A DNA stretch of 64,000 nt from Chiloscyllium plagiosum (taxonomy: Eukaryota), in NCBI RefSeq assembly GCF_004010195.1, contig NC_057745.1, positions 20,270,943 through 20,334,942 on the forward strand, written 5' to 3'. This document shows positions 1 through 13,600 of the stretch, piece after piece. Numbering within the stretch: position 1 is the first letter of the stretch; each line of letters begins with the position of its first letter. The notes beneath the pieces are model-generated. The model had not been told where the DNA came from and did no database searches. It worked only from the letters and a program-made list of their open reading frames with translations. Both the position numbers and the translations under genes were made by a program.

Positions 1-555
1 AGCACAATGCACTCACAACCCAGTTGATTAGCTTAAGACGAGTTGGGGAGAGAATACACATGAGTAACGAACACTGCCCGCCAAAGTGTCTGGGTCTAAC
101 CAACATCTCTTATAGAAATGCTAACACCTTGATACAGACTCAATACAAAATGCTAATAGACATTGAAACTGACAATGTCTACACTGAAACTGACAATGAC
201 CATGCGGAAATTAACGAAGGCTGAGCTGGAACTGACAAAGTCTGTATCGAAACTATCAACAATTCTGCAATGATTGCCATAAACAAACCATGTTACAAAG
301 ACAATAATCTCATCACTGACCTATTGTATCACAAGATGTATAAAAATTTCTTGACATGTGCTCTGGGTCAAGAGAATACTCGTAGCTGACCACTGTGCTG
401 TTGGTGTCTTTCTCTCCATGGAGCTCCGGTATTTCCTTATGCAGTAAGGAACCCTGAGTCTGACTCTGAGACCGGTGTTTTTCCCCACAACACCAGAATT
501 GGCATTTGGCCAGTTGAACATTTATATACAGTTCAGTCAGAAGGCTAGGAAAAGT

Positions 556-836
556 GGGTGGCATGGTGGCACAGTGGTTAGCACTGCTGCCTCACAGTGC
601 CAGAGACCTGGGTTCAATTCCCGCCTCAGGCAACTGACAGTGTGGAGTTTGCACGTTCTCCCTGTGTCTGTGTGGGTTTCCTCTGGGTGCTCTGGTTTCC
701 TCCCACAGGTTAGGTGAATTGGCTATGCTAAATTGCCCATAGTGTTAGGTGTAGGGGAATGGGTCTGGGTGGGTGCGCGTTGGTGTGGAGTTGTTGGGCT
801 GAAGGGCCTGTTTCCACACTGTAAGTAATCGAATCT
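556..836 (+). mobile_element. HE1-type tRNA-derived SINE
   Basis: A/B boxes TGGCACAGTGG...GGTTCAATTCC; tail GAAGGGCCTGTTTCCACACTGTAAGTAATC. Confidence 0.9.
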
Positions 837-1110
837 TAAAAAAAGGCAAACAACTGTCTTATAAAGCTAAGCAACAAGGACATAGTAGGAATGGATAATT
901 ATGGACAAATAGTATTTAGCAGCTTTAGATGAATCAGTTAGGGGCTCGAATGTGGTTCATTTAATGTTGATGACACCATTGTTTCATATCTTGATCCAAA
1001 GACTCAGGAGTGGTCCGAAAATGATGTTAACATCCAAACACTGCTCCAGAAAGCAGATTTGTAAACGGATGGATAGATATACCAAACTAGTAGCATAATA
1101 CACACATTGT

Positions 1111-1222
1111 TGAGTCACTGGACTCAAAACGTTAACTTTGTTTCTTTCTCCATTGATGCTGCCAGACATGCTGAGTTTCTCCAGCACTTTGTGTTTTTCT
1201 GTTTCAAATCTCCAAGCATACA
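1111..1222 (+). repeat. Degenerate Penelope pLTR fragment (a similar copy lies at ~28999-29115)
   Basis: GAGTC-ACTG-GACTC-AAAACGTT followed by GATGCTGCCAGACATGCTGAGTTTCTCCAGCA; CUGANGA box lost. Confidence 0.6.
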
Positions 1223-1379
1223 CAAATGTTTGTTTTAGCTACATCGCTGAATATTAGTTTGAATTAATTTTCATCAGAAACCATATTGAATCCATAAAAG
1301 TGGCAGTGACTCCCTAAAAACTCTTCATAAAAGTCTTGAACTGAGTGAAGAATCTGGAATCTCAGGTTCAATGTGTGGA

Positions 1380-1489
1380 GGGTATCCATGGAAACTGTCA
1401 CTCATTGATCCGGAAGTAAAGCCAATGTCACCCGGAAGGACCAGTGAGCGGGACGCGCGTCGCTTAGCAACGGGCTGCTGTCCGTAAAG
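1380..1489 (+). promoter_or_regulatory. DNAAF4 proximal promoter with two RFX X-boxes, ETS sites and a CCAAT box
   Basis: GTATCCATGGAAAC at 1382-1395 and GTCGCTTAGCAAC at 1459-1471 are X-box-like. CCGGAAGT at 1410-1417, CCAAT at 1422-1426 and CCGGAAG at 1432-1438. Local CpG enrichment. Confidence 0.75.
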
Positions 1490-1612
1490 ATGCCGCTGCA
1501 GGTTAAGGGTTACACTTGGGACCAGGTGGACAGCCAAGTGTTTATAACGGTGCCGCTGAAGGGAGTGAGGGCTGGGAAAGCGGACATTTTCTGTACCGAG
1601 GATTATTTAAAG
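1490..1612 (+). CDS. DNAAF4: DNAAF4 coding exon 1 (123 nt)
   Basis: ATG at 1490; [41 protein letters not shown]; donor AAG|gtgagg. Confidence 0.95.
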
Positions 1613-4600
1613 GTGAGGGATCCCCGTGGGCGGCTGTGCTCGGAAATGGAGAGGGGAGCTGCCTGTACCCCTGGGCTATACATTTGTTTCACAAGCAAAG
1701 CACAGGCTGTCAGCTTCTGCTGTTACCATCTTAATTCTACCTTGTGAGGCCAGTCACTTTATCAAAGTGCTTTAAAGCCACAAAACTATTTTCGTTACAT
1801 AAATTGTTGGAAAAACTCACCAGGTTTGGCGGAGAGAAATCACAGTTGACGTTTCGGATCCATTGACCCTTCTTCAGAACTGATGGTAACTAGGAAAAGA
1901 TTGAAAATCACACAACACCAGGTTATAGTCCAACAGGTTTAATTGGAAGCACACTACAGTTAAACTATCACTGTATTCTAACAGATGAAAGGCTTAACAG
2001 ACAATCAATTAAACCTGTTGGACTATAACCTGGTGTTGTGTGATTTTTAACTTTATACACCCAGTCCAACACCGGCATCTCCGAATTAGGAAAAGATTGG
2101 TATTTATATAGAAGATGGAGAGGGGAAGAGTAAACAGCAGGTGGAGATAGAGCCCAAAAATGGGCTGCTACCACACACAACCCATTGTCAACTCCTAAAA
2201 GCTCCAGTAGCTGCTATTCATTTCCACAGACAACCACCTGATGAAGAAGCAGTGCTCCGAAAGGTAGTGCTTCCAATTAAAACTGTCAGACTATAACTTG
2301 GTGTTCTGTGATTTTTAACTTCCCACAGACTGACCTTTAATCACGTGAATGTGGCATTGGTGCAACCCTTAGAATAGTCCTCATCCACAAATCATTTAAA
2401 AAGATTGTTAATGTATTGAGCTACATTAAATTTCTGTTTTTAGTTTATAAAAGAAGTAGAGAATGAATACACTTAATTTACTTTGGAATTGCGAACCTGC
2501 ATTTAGATTCATAGAGTTATGTAGATATACTGCACAGAAACAGACCCTTCAGTCCACCATGTCCATGTTGACCATTTGGCCCAAATCCCTCTAAAGTCTT
2601 CCTATTCCTATACCTATGCCTTTTAAACGTTGTATTGTACCAATCTCCATCACTTCCTCTGGCAATCCATTCAATACACTCACCACCCTTTGTTTGAAAA
2701 GTTAGCCCTTTTGGTCTCTGTTAAATCTTTCCCCTCTCAATTTAAACCTATGCTCTCTAGTTTTGGACTCCCTCACAATGTTTACCCTCTCCATGCCTCT
2801 CATGATTTTATAAACCTCCTATAAGATCATCCCTCAGCCTCTGACACTCGATGAAGAATAGCTGCAGCCTATTCAGCCTCTCCCTATAGCTGAAACCCTC
2901 CACCCCTGCCAACATCCTTGTAAATCTTTTCTGAACACTTTCAAGGTTCACAACATTCTTCCTTAGCAGGGAGACCAGAATTGCACACAGTATTCCAATA
3001 GTGGCCGAACCAATGTCCAGTATAGCTGCAACATGACCTCCCAACTCCTATACTCAATGCACTGACCAATAAAGGCAAGCATACCAAATGCCACCTTCAC
3101 TATCCTATCTACTTGTAACTCCTCTTTCAAGGAACTATGAACCTGCAGTCCAAGGACTCTTTGTTCAGCAACACTCCCGAGGACCTTACTATTAAGTATA
3201 TAAGTCCTGTCCTGATTTGCCTTTCCAAAATGCAACACCTCACATTTATCTAAATTAAACTTCATATGCCAGCCTTTGCCCCAATGGCCCATCTGATCAA
3301 GATTCTGTTGTACTCTGAGGTAACCTTCTTCGTTGTCGACCACACCTCCAATTTTGGTGTCATGTGCAAACTTACTAACCATACCTACTATATTTACATC
3401 CAAATCAATGAAAAACAGTGGACCCAGCACCGATCCTTGTGGCACATTGCTGGTCACAGGCCTCCAGTGTGAAAACCAACCCTCCATCACCACCTTTTGA
3501 CTTCTACCTTCGAGCCTTTGCCTCCAGATTTTGATTCTAAATTTTTTACTTTAACAGGTGAACTTTCCTCCATTTCTGTTTGAGGTAATATTATTTGCTT
3601 CTATTGATGAATCGAAAAGCTCTGCTAAAGTTGGCAATGATGTTGTTATCTTCACCTTGTGTAAGAAAGAATCGCGAATGTGGGAGCAACTTACAACGGT
3701 TGAAGGTAAGCAATGATTTAGATATTTTGCTATATATTGAATCCTATAAAATTAAAATGGATATGAATTGCATTAGCAGTACTGCTCATGACAGTTACTT
3801 TAAATTTTGTAGTTAGACATAACTAGTTTTTCTTTGCATCATATAATTACATTGACTGTTCTTTGATAGTTAGTAAGGAAAAGTTGCAGAAAAGGAGGGA
3901 GAATGCAATACTTGCTGCTCAAGAAAAGGCACAAGAGGCAGCAAAAGAAAAGGCAATTAAAAAACGAGAAAATGAGAAGTACTCATTGGAAAAGACAATG
4001 AAGGTAACTATTGTAGAACCTGTTAAAATATTTAATCTTCTTGTTGTGCACAATATTGTCTACTTAAAATAGACTTACTGACAGAGTAATTTAATATAAA
4101 ACTATGAATTCAAGCCATTTGTACAATAAAGCTAGAAAAGGAATTAAAGTCTCGAGTACAGTTCAAGATGGCCAGCAGTCATGGTAGTGTAGTAACATAG
4201 TAATTTAATCAAAACAAGACTTATCTCCCCTATGCAGATCTCGCACATTTTCTGTAATACTCTTTTCCTTTTTGACAATGCTACAAGATATAAACTTAAA
4301 ACTTGAGGATTGATAGTCAAAGGCTTGACTAATATAATCAAATGGAGTGGTGGTAATGTGAGACAATCATTCAAATGTTACAATCTCATTAATTCAAAGA
4401 ATATAAGATTGTATACATATACACTTTTATCCTTGTTAGGCTTCTCTCATAGTTGTATGAAAAGCTTGTTGTATTAACCTTTTGTTTGACTTTGTTCCAA
4501 AGATCTAAAAGTTGAAGTTCTAAATTGGAGGAAGGTTAATATTGACGATGTTAGGCAAAACTTTCAAAAGCTAATTGAGGGAAGATGTTTTCAGGTAAAG

Positions 4601-7600
4601 GGATTGCTGGAAAATGGGAAGCCTTCAGAAATGAGATAACAAGAGTCCAGAGACAGTATATTTCTGTTCGGGTGAAAGGAAAGGCTGGTAAGTGTAGGGA
4701 ATGCTGGATGACTAGAGAAATTCAGGGTTTGGTGAAGAAAAAGAAGGAAGCATATATCAGGAGAGATCGAGTGAATTCTTAGAGTATAAAGGCAGTAAGT
4801 ATACTTAAAAGGGAAATCAGGAGGACAAGAAGGGGACATGAGATAGCTTTGGCAAATAGGGTTAAGGAGAATCCAAAGGGTTTTTACAAATACATAAGGA
4901 CAAAAGGGTAAAAGGGAGACAATAGGGCCCCTTAATGATCAGCAAGGTGGCCTTTGTGTGGAGCTGCAGGAGTTGGGGGAGATACTAAACGAGTATTTTG
5001 CATCAGTGTTTACTGTGAGATGAACATGAAAGATATAGAATGTAGGGAAATAGATGGTGTCATCTTGAAAAATGTCCATATTACAGAGGAGAAAGTGCTG
5101 GATGTCTTGAAACACATAATGGTGGATAAATCCCAGGACCTGATCAGGTGTACCCTAGAACCCTGTGGGAAACTAGGGAAGTGATTGCTGGGCCTCTTAC
5201 TGAGATATTTGTATCATTGATAGTCACAGGTGAGGTGCCAGAAGACTGGAGGTTGGCTAACGTGGTGCCACTATTTAAGAAAGGCGGTAAGGACAAGCCA
5301 GGGAACTAAAAATCAGTGAGCCTGACGTTGGTGGTGGGCAAGTTGTTGGAGGAAATCCTGAGTGACAGGATTTATGTGTATTTAGAAAAGCAAGGACTGA
5401 TTAGGGATAGTCAACATGGCTTTGTGCGTGGGAAATCATGTCTCATGAATTTGATTGAGTTTTTTTGAAGTAACAAAGAGGATTGATGAGGGCAGAGGGG
5501 TGGATGTGATCTACATGGACTTAAATAAGGCATTCAACAAGGTTCCCCATGGGAGACTGCTTAGCAAGGTTAGATCTCATGGAATACAGGGAGAACTAGC
5601 CATTTAGATACAGAACTGGCTCAAAGGTAGAAGACAGAGGGTGGTGGTGGAGGGTTGTTTTTCAGACTGGAGACCTGTGACCGGTGGAGTGCGACAAGGA
5701 TCGGTGCTGGGTCCACTACTTTTCGTCATTTATGTAAATGATTTGGATGTGAACGTAGGAAGTATAGCTAGTAAGTTTGCAGATGACACCAAAATTGGAG
5801 GTGTAATGGACAGTGAAGAAGATTACCTCAGAGTACAACGGAATCTTGATTAGATGGGCCAATGGGCTGAGGAGTGGCAGATGGAATTTAATTTAAGTAA
5901 ATGTGAGGTGCTGCATTTTGAGAAAGCGAATCTTAGCAGGAAGTAAGGTCCTAGGGAGTGTTGCTGAACAAAGAAACCTTGGAGTGCAAGTTCATAGCTC
6001 CTTGAAAGTAGAGTTGCAGGTAGATGGGATAGTGAAGAAGGCATTTGGTATGCTTTCCTTTGTTGGTCATAGTATTGAGTATAGGAATTGGGAGGTCATG
6101 TTGCGGTTGTACAGGATGTTGGTTAGGCCACTTTTGGAATATTGCATGCAATTCTGGTCTCCTTCCTATTGAAAGAATGTTGTGAAACTTGAAAGGGTTC
6201 AGAAAAGATTTATAAGGATGTTGCCAGAGTTTGAGGATTTGAGTGTAGGGAGAGGCTGAATAGGCTGGGGCTGTTTTCCCTGGAGCATCGGAGGCTGAGG
6301 GGTGACCTTATAGAGGTTTACAAAATCATGAGTGGCATGGATAGGATAAATAGACAAAGTCTTTTCCCTGGGGTGGGGGAATTCCAGAACTAGAGGGCAT
6401 AGGTTTAAGGTGAGAGGGGAAAGATATAAAAGAGTCCTAAAGGGCAACTTTTTCATGCAGAGAGTGGTACGTGTATGGAATGAGTTGTCAGAGGAAGTGG
6501 TGGAAAACAATTGCAATATTTAAAAGGCATCTGGATGTGTATATGAATAGGAAGGGTTTAGAGGGATATGGGCCAAGTGCTGGCAAATGGGAGCAGATTA
6601 GGTTGGGATAACTGGTTTGCATGGACAAGTTGGAATGAAGGATCTGTTTCTGTGCTGTACATCTCTATAACTAATTCTTCATTCAACATACATTACCCAT
6701 GAATACAAACTTGGAACAAATTACATGCTGGTGGATGGTTTGGATTATGTCAATAATTTGCCTCCATTTTTCATACTTTAATTCTTTTATCTTACATTTA
6801 TAATTCTAGCAAAGGTGTAAACTACATCAATTGTAAGAGGATTTATTTATGGTTGTGTCGGTAGCCTAATTGCATTGTGAGGAGAGAGAATTCTCCAAAA
6901 TTTACTCTGTAATCAGTACCTTCTGTCATCTACTGAATCTGATTGTACAGATTAACATTTCTTCTTTCTTTCACACAACATATACCATGCCTCAGTTTTT
7001 TGTGTTTCCACTGACTCCATCCGCTGTCTAAAATTATAGTCATTCCTTTTCTATCTGAAGTATGCTTATTAGATTTACATTTTCTATGCTAGCAATCCAT
7101 AAAGTATTAATGTAATTTTCATTTCTACTTTTCCCACCAACATTGCAATATGCATTACTAAAAATGTAGAAATACTTAAAACACTCTTTAAGCTTCATTG
7201 TAAAGCTAAAGTACATTCTGATACGAAGTTCGTAGATTTAATTAGAATGAAATTTTTATATACTTGTGTAATGAACCAGACCAAACCCCCTGAAAATATA
7301 TCAAGAAGATAGTCTAGACCCTAACATCTTCTTACTTTAAAGGTAAGTGTAAGGGGTTGCATTCCAGCTGCAATTCAATGGGTGAAACTACTTGACTTCA
7401 AGCCAAATACACTTTATATTTACACTATAGTTAAAATACAGATAGAATGAAAATAAAAGAAAAGAATTGACTTAACTGTAACTCTACTGAAATGGTTAAC
7501 AAAAGAACATATATATTAACAACCACTAATTAACTATTTCAGTATAGTAACATGCCAAAAGCACATCCTTGGCAAAGGCAAATTCGGTAAAATAGATTGT

Positions 7601-10600
7601 CTCACATGCAATTCTAGCAGCAGGAAGAGAACCCCAGCTTTTAACTAAAACAGAGAGGAAAAAAATTCAGAGCTTCCACATCCAGCACCTGCAGAAAACC
7701 AGAACTAAAGATCCTGGTTCTGTGGGAGCTTGACCCCACCCATTCAAGCTGCTTCTATTGTTCCAACTTGAGAAAACACCCAAGGCCTCACAACCTGTTT
7801 GCTTTATTGGCTTTCAGCAGACTGATTTGTGCCTCTATCTCAACCTTTTTTCATTTATTAAAAAAAAGGACAAAAATACCTCTTAAAGCTGTAGTATTGT
7901 TAAATGTGAGAGTCAGAAACTTGAAAATTTGACCTAAACATGATGTTTCAGAATAATAAACTTGCACGACAATTGTACAGATAGAGGAACATGCCAGAAA
8001 ACAGATTGAAGAGATGAAAGAACAAGAGCGAAGAAAAGCTACTGAAGAGTTGGAACAGTGGAAGCTGCAGAAGCATGAAGAAGAGAAATTAAAGAGAAAG
8101 GAGGAACTAAAGCATGCAAAGCAGAAAATTGAGGCAGAGAAAAGGAGGATGAAGAAGAAGGAAGAAGCCAAAATACAGAATTCTGACTCACGAACTTCAA
8201 ACAAACATTCAGTTAAAGGAGGTAAACCTATTTCAAATCAGCGATTTAATTCGGATTTCCTTTTACATAAAGACAAAATCAGCAAGAGAGAATTTAAAAT
8301 AACATTAAAATAACAAGTCTTAAGAATACCCATAAAAGATGCAGCATGTGACATTAAGCTAAGTGGATTTCAGATTCATTGTACCTCTCACTCATTTTAA
8401 GTTTTCTCCCTGCCTTTGGTTTCCTCCTTCCCTTATGCTCAACTACACTCTTAGCCAAGAGAGACCTTAGGTTAGCCCATGTTAGTTGGAACAAAGTAAC
8501 TTGTTTGTTGGAATATTCAAATGTACTGCCAGCATGACTGACCTGAGTCATACGGTAGGCGATTGGGTCTGGGTGGGTTACTCTTTGGAAGGTAGGTGTG
8601 GACTTGTTGTGCCAAAGAGTCTGTTTCCGCACTGTAGGGATTCTATGATTCTATGCTGATTTGCTGATTTTGGGGATAAGTTGGGGGGAATGGGTTGATC
8701 TCTCTTTTGCAGTTTCTTTGCACGACTGAGTGTGGAATTTGATGTTTGGGGCTTTAAATTGGAATTTAGAGAATAATAAACCAGTACTCGATCCAAAAAT
8801 CATGTTTATATTATGTCATTTTTTTGCTGTATGTATAAACAGGTATTATAGAAGTGTACTTCTTTCTTTTGGATATTTGTTAAAGATACTTTATTATTTA
8901 GCTAAACAACTTACTTCACCAAAAAGCACTTTTTATTCATTCACGGGATGAGAGTGTCACTGGCTAGGCCAGCATTTATTGCTCATCCCAGAGGACACTT
9001 AAAAGTCAACCACACTGCTGTGGTCTGGAGTCACATGTAGTCCAGGCGAAGTAAGGATAACAGTTTCATTCCCTAAAGGACATTAGTGAACTAATGGGTT
9101 TTTCCGACAAGGGACTCTTAATTCCACATTTTTATTGAATTTAAGTTCCATAATCTGCTGTGGCAGGATTCAAACCCAGATCCCTAGAACATTACTGGAT
9201 CTCTGAATTAACAGTCCAGTGATAATACCACTATACTAATGCCTCCCCTTTATTTGAGAGAAGACATTTCATCAATATACTGAGGACTGAGAAGTGAACA
9301 TGCAACTGTACAGAATCTTCTGGTGCGATGTTTGACACTGAATGTGTTTAATACCTAATATGTGTAGCACTGTGACAACATCAGGATACAGCAGCTCAAA
9401 TGTATTCAATTAAGATAAGCATTCCTTTTTATACTGACACTGTTGATTTTGTTTAACCAAAAATGTTTTTTCTTACCTGCTCAAACATCATATTTTCCAT
9501 CCATGCTACTCTGCTTATGGTTTGACCTCAAGATGGTGCTCTCCTCCAAAAAGGGACATCGTTCATTGCAGGACCTACAAAGCCTGCCCACTAAAAAGGG
9601 TCATTCTGTCCAGAACATTTTCTGGATGAAAAATAATTAGACTATTCACGAGCAGCCAAAAACTCATCAAAAGCAGAAGAATAATGGTGTGAAGTTGTTA
9701 CATCTAATCAAGCAGGTGTAATATGCCATATGTAGCGTTCAAATATGCAAGTTGGCTGACCTCGCATTTATTTTATAAGTTGACATTGTGACTTAGTGTT
9801 TAGTACTTTGCAGTTCTAGTGCCACCTTGACATGACCACATTATCAGCTCCAATATCTTTTGTTTAAATAAGGTTAAATAAATTGGATTGGCGCTAACTT
9901 TTGGTTTTATTCATTCTACTTGACAATGCATAGTTCAATGCCTTGAAATTCCTTTTTCCGTATCGTAAAGATTTGTTTATCAAAGAAGTCAGTTGTTTCC
10001 TGATATATCTGTGGCAAATCTGTAGATCATATTAATAAAGGTACCTTTTCCTCCTACTTTAGTTCCTAACTGCAAACAAAAAGTATAATAATTTTTGCAG
10101 GATGGTATTTAATGGTTAACTTTTAACCATTGATTAATTGCAGGTACAGCTGCCAACATGTTTGCTGAAAACTACAATGACAAAATCATCCCAGATCCCC
10201 GTTCAGCTGGCAATATTGAAGTACAATTCACACCACGAGTTTTTCCTACAGCACTGAGAGAATCTCTTATTGCAGAGGAGGAAGAGGTTTGGGTTTTGTA
10301 AAAGTGAATACATTTCTTCAAACACATGCCATAATCAATGGAGAAATTGTTTCTGGACCTGTGAATCTCAGAAAACAAAGAAGTATTTATACATTGTTAA
10401 CTCTGATGGTTTGGCAGCTCACGTAATTAGTTTAAATATCCGGTTAGAGATGAGTTTCAAATTGAAAGGATAAGGAAATTATGGTGGTTTTGTATTGATT
10501 TTAGTAAAACCTGTTGTTTGCAGAATAAAATAATAGGTAGAAAAAAATATTGCATCTCTAAGTAGGTGCTGGGAATTAATATTTTTTCTAATTTATTTTA

Positions 10601-13600
10601 CATTTTAATTATCTTTTTCTGTTCTTTGTACTCACTTATACAGAGTTCCTCTTCAATAGCATGAATAGGCAAATTTATTTGGGTTTCTGCCAGATTTTAG
10701 TTTGTTATTGCTTGGGGTACAGGAATGCCATGATTATACTTGGATTACAATCTTACTTTGATGAATGTCATGTCTTAATCTTGATCAATTTTTAATGTAG
10801 TTCAAGTAAATTCTGAAACTCACTGTGAGGAATCCTAGATATGATTCTGTGTGGTGCTGTTGATTAGTTGCTGTTGGTTTACATTTGAGCTTTGGTTTAA
10901 TTTATTCTTGTTTCTTTGTTGTCCATATATTATAACCGAAAATCTAGGATGTGATCAAACGTTTACACTTAAAATGGTCTTTATAGATTTGATTTAGAAT
11001 TTCGAGAATGAAGTTGCTAAGTTTATAAAGCAGCTTTGTATAAGTTATGATGTGGAGGTGCCAGTTTCGGACTAGGGTGGACAAAGTTAAAAATCACACA
11101 ACACCAGGTTATGGTCCAACAGGTTTATTTGGAAACACTAGCTTTCGGAGCGCTGCTTCTTCAGGTAGCTGTGGAACAGGATCATAAGACACAGAATTTA
11201 TAGCAAAAGATTACAGAATCATGCAGCTGAAATGAAATATTGAACAAACCTAGATTGCTGTTAAGTCTTTCATCTTTTAGAAAGCTTTGCAGGTTTCGGT
11301 TCATTAATATGTTAATCCCAGAACTTCTTTTAAGTCACATTCTTGAGATATCGTAAGGTTTTATTAAAAAAAAGTGACATCTCAGCTCATACAATGTATG
11401 AAAGGTTTCTGAGCTGAGACATCATAAAACTTTAAGTTATCTCGAGAATGTAACTTAAAAGAAATTCTGGAATATACATATTAATGAAACGAAACCTGCA
11501 ACCCATTCTAAAAGATGAAAGACTTAACAACAATCTAGGTCTGTTCAATATATCATTTCAGCTGCATGACACTGTAATCTTTTGCTATAAATTCTTTGTC
11601 TTATGATCCTGTTCTACAGCTACCTGATGAAGGAGTAGCACTCTGAAAGCTAGTGTTTCCATATAACCTGGTGTTGTGTGATTTTTAACTTTGTGTAAGT
11701 TAAGATGCCTTAAGAAATATAATATACAATGAAAATTTATGAACTAAGGTTCTTCATTTGTTTACAGTGGTTAAGAAAACAGGCAGAAGCTAGACGAGCT
11801 AAAAATGCAAATATCCCTGAGCTTAAAGACCTGAAAGAAGAGGAGAAAAATCCAGACTGGCTGAAGGATAAGGGGAAGTAAGTTATGACAACATTTTTAA
11901 CAATTGATTGTAATATTAAAAAACTTCACACTTCCCTAACTCATCGGTAAAATACAAGGAACAGGACCAACTGCTGTACTTGGCCATTTTCAAACACTCA
12001 AAAAGTCTTTGTCTCCACCACCTGTGAAGACTTATGGAGTATCCTCCTCCAGTTTTCCTGCCATCAGAAGTTTTTGCCATCCTCCACCTACTCCATGATG
12101 ACATGTAAGCCTTAATCCTCATCAATGGAACATCAGAGTCTCTGTCAAGCAAGGTCAGGTAAGGCTGTTTCATTACACCAAACTTATTCTCCAACTTCTT
12201 GTCTGCAATACTGCACCTCACCACCAAATTACCCACTGACGGAAGTAATTTTCCTAACAGATGGGAAACTGTTTAATTCATATCACCTTCCATCCAATAC
12301 TAAAACCACTCAGCTCCGGTGAGTGGGTGCAGTAAACAGATGATGCTTGTGTGTGTATTCACTTAAAAACTGTGTCCAAAGTGATTGTTGATTCCTTCAT
12401 TGAAGCATTTGAAACAATAGGCTTTTCACTAAACTCAAGAAAATGTAAGGTCCCCTCTTCCAGTCAGCTCTCATGCCACAATAATTTGTTAATTAAGATC
12501 AACGGTGAGATCCTGAACAATATGTCCATTTTTATATCTGGGGAACCTCCTCAGGCCATTTGAGGCATTGGACAAATGCTACCAGTGATACCTTTGCAAA
12601 TTCTCCAAATTCAATAGCAAGAAAGGTGATCAAACAGCAGTATTCTCTCCCAAGCCAACATATCCACAATGGAAGACTTAACCACAAAACCATTTCCGCT
12701 AGGCAGAGCATATCATTTATATGCCTGACAGGAGACTTCTGAAACAAGTATTCCACATGGTCATGGCATGAATCCATTGTCGATTGTTGGAAACAATTGT
12801 TAGGGACATCTTCAAAGCACTCAAAAGCTCTACTGAACAGCTCTACTAATTCACGGGAGTCTCTGCTTGTGACTAACGAAAATTAAGAAAGTTAATTCGA
12901 AAAGGCACCAAATAAATGGAGACACTTCATTGGGAAAATGTAGAGGTAAAGTTGAGACATTGAAGGGAATTAGCTGTATGATCTTCACACAGTGACTGAA
13001 AGGAGTCTTAACTGCCTTTGGTTAAAAAGGAGAGAATTACCCCGTGTTTTTGCTTTGGTCACTATACAGTAATTCTTGCCAGACATGTATATGCATAAAA
13101 ATTGGGTGAAGACACAAAAAGAGTTGGTTAGAGTGTGGAATTCTCTGTCTCAACCTGCTGTCAAAACAACTGCTGCTGAGCGTATAAGAGCTTTTAAACA
13201 AGAATTAAGGTAGATGCTGAAAAAAAGAGACATGGGCAGAAAATGAGAGATGATATGATTCTGCCAAAATATCTTGACAAATGATATTGTGACATTTGCT
13301 TGAATAAATGCCACTCACAAGATGTACTTGACTGGTGGAAATTTATTTGCTTTAGCAGCAGTTTGTGACACAGAATATTACAATCTCACCATCTCTGAGG
13401 AAATACTTTATTTGAAGTACTTCTGCAATTCTCCAGGAAAGTGTTAGTCAATGAGATAGGAAGATGATTTGAGGATTAAAAAAACTACTCATCATTGCAT
13501 TTGTTTAAACATTATTTTAATATCCAGAGAAAACAGCCAGTACATTAATGACGGACTACTGATTGAAACAACTTGCTCACCCATTCAATAACTGACCCAT

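Noticed and set aside
563-640. tRNA gene
   Set aside because: The A/B boxes belong to a SINE head that continues into SINE body and LINE-like tail; no full cloverleaf.
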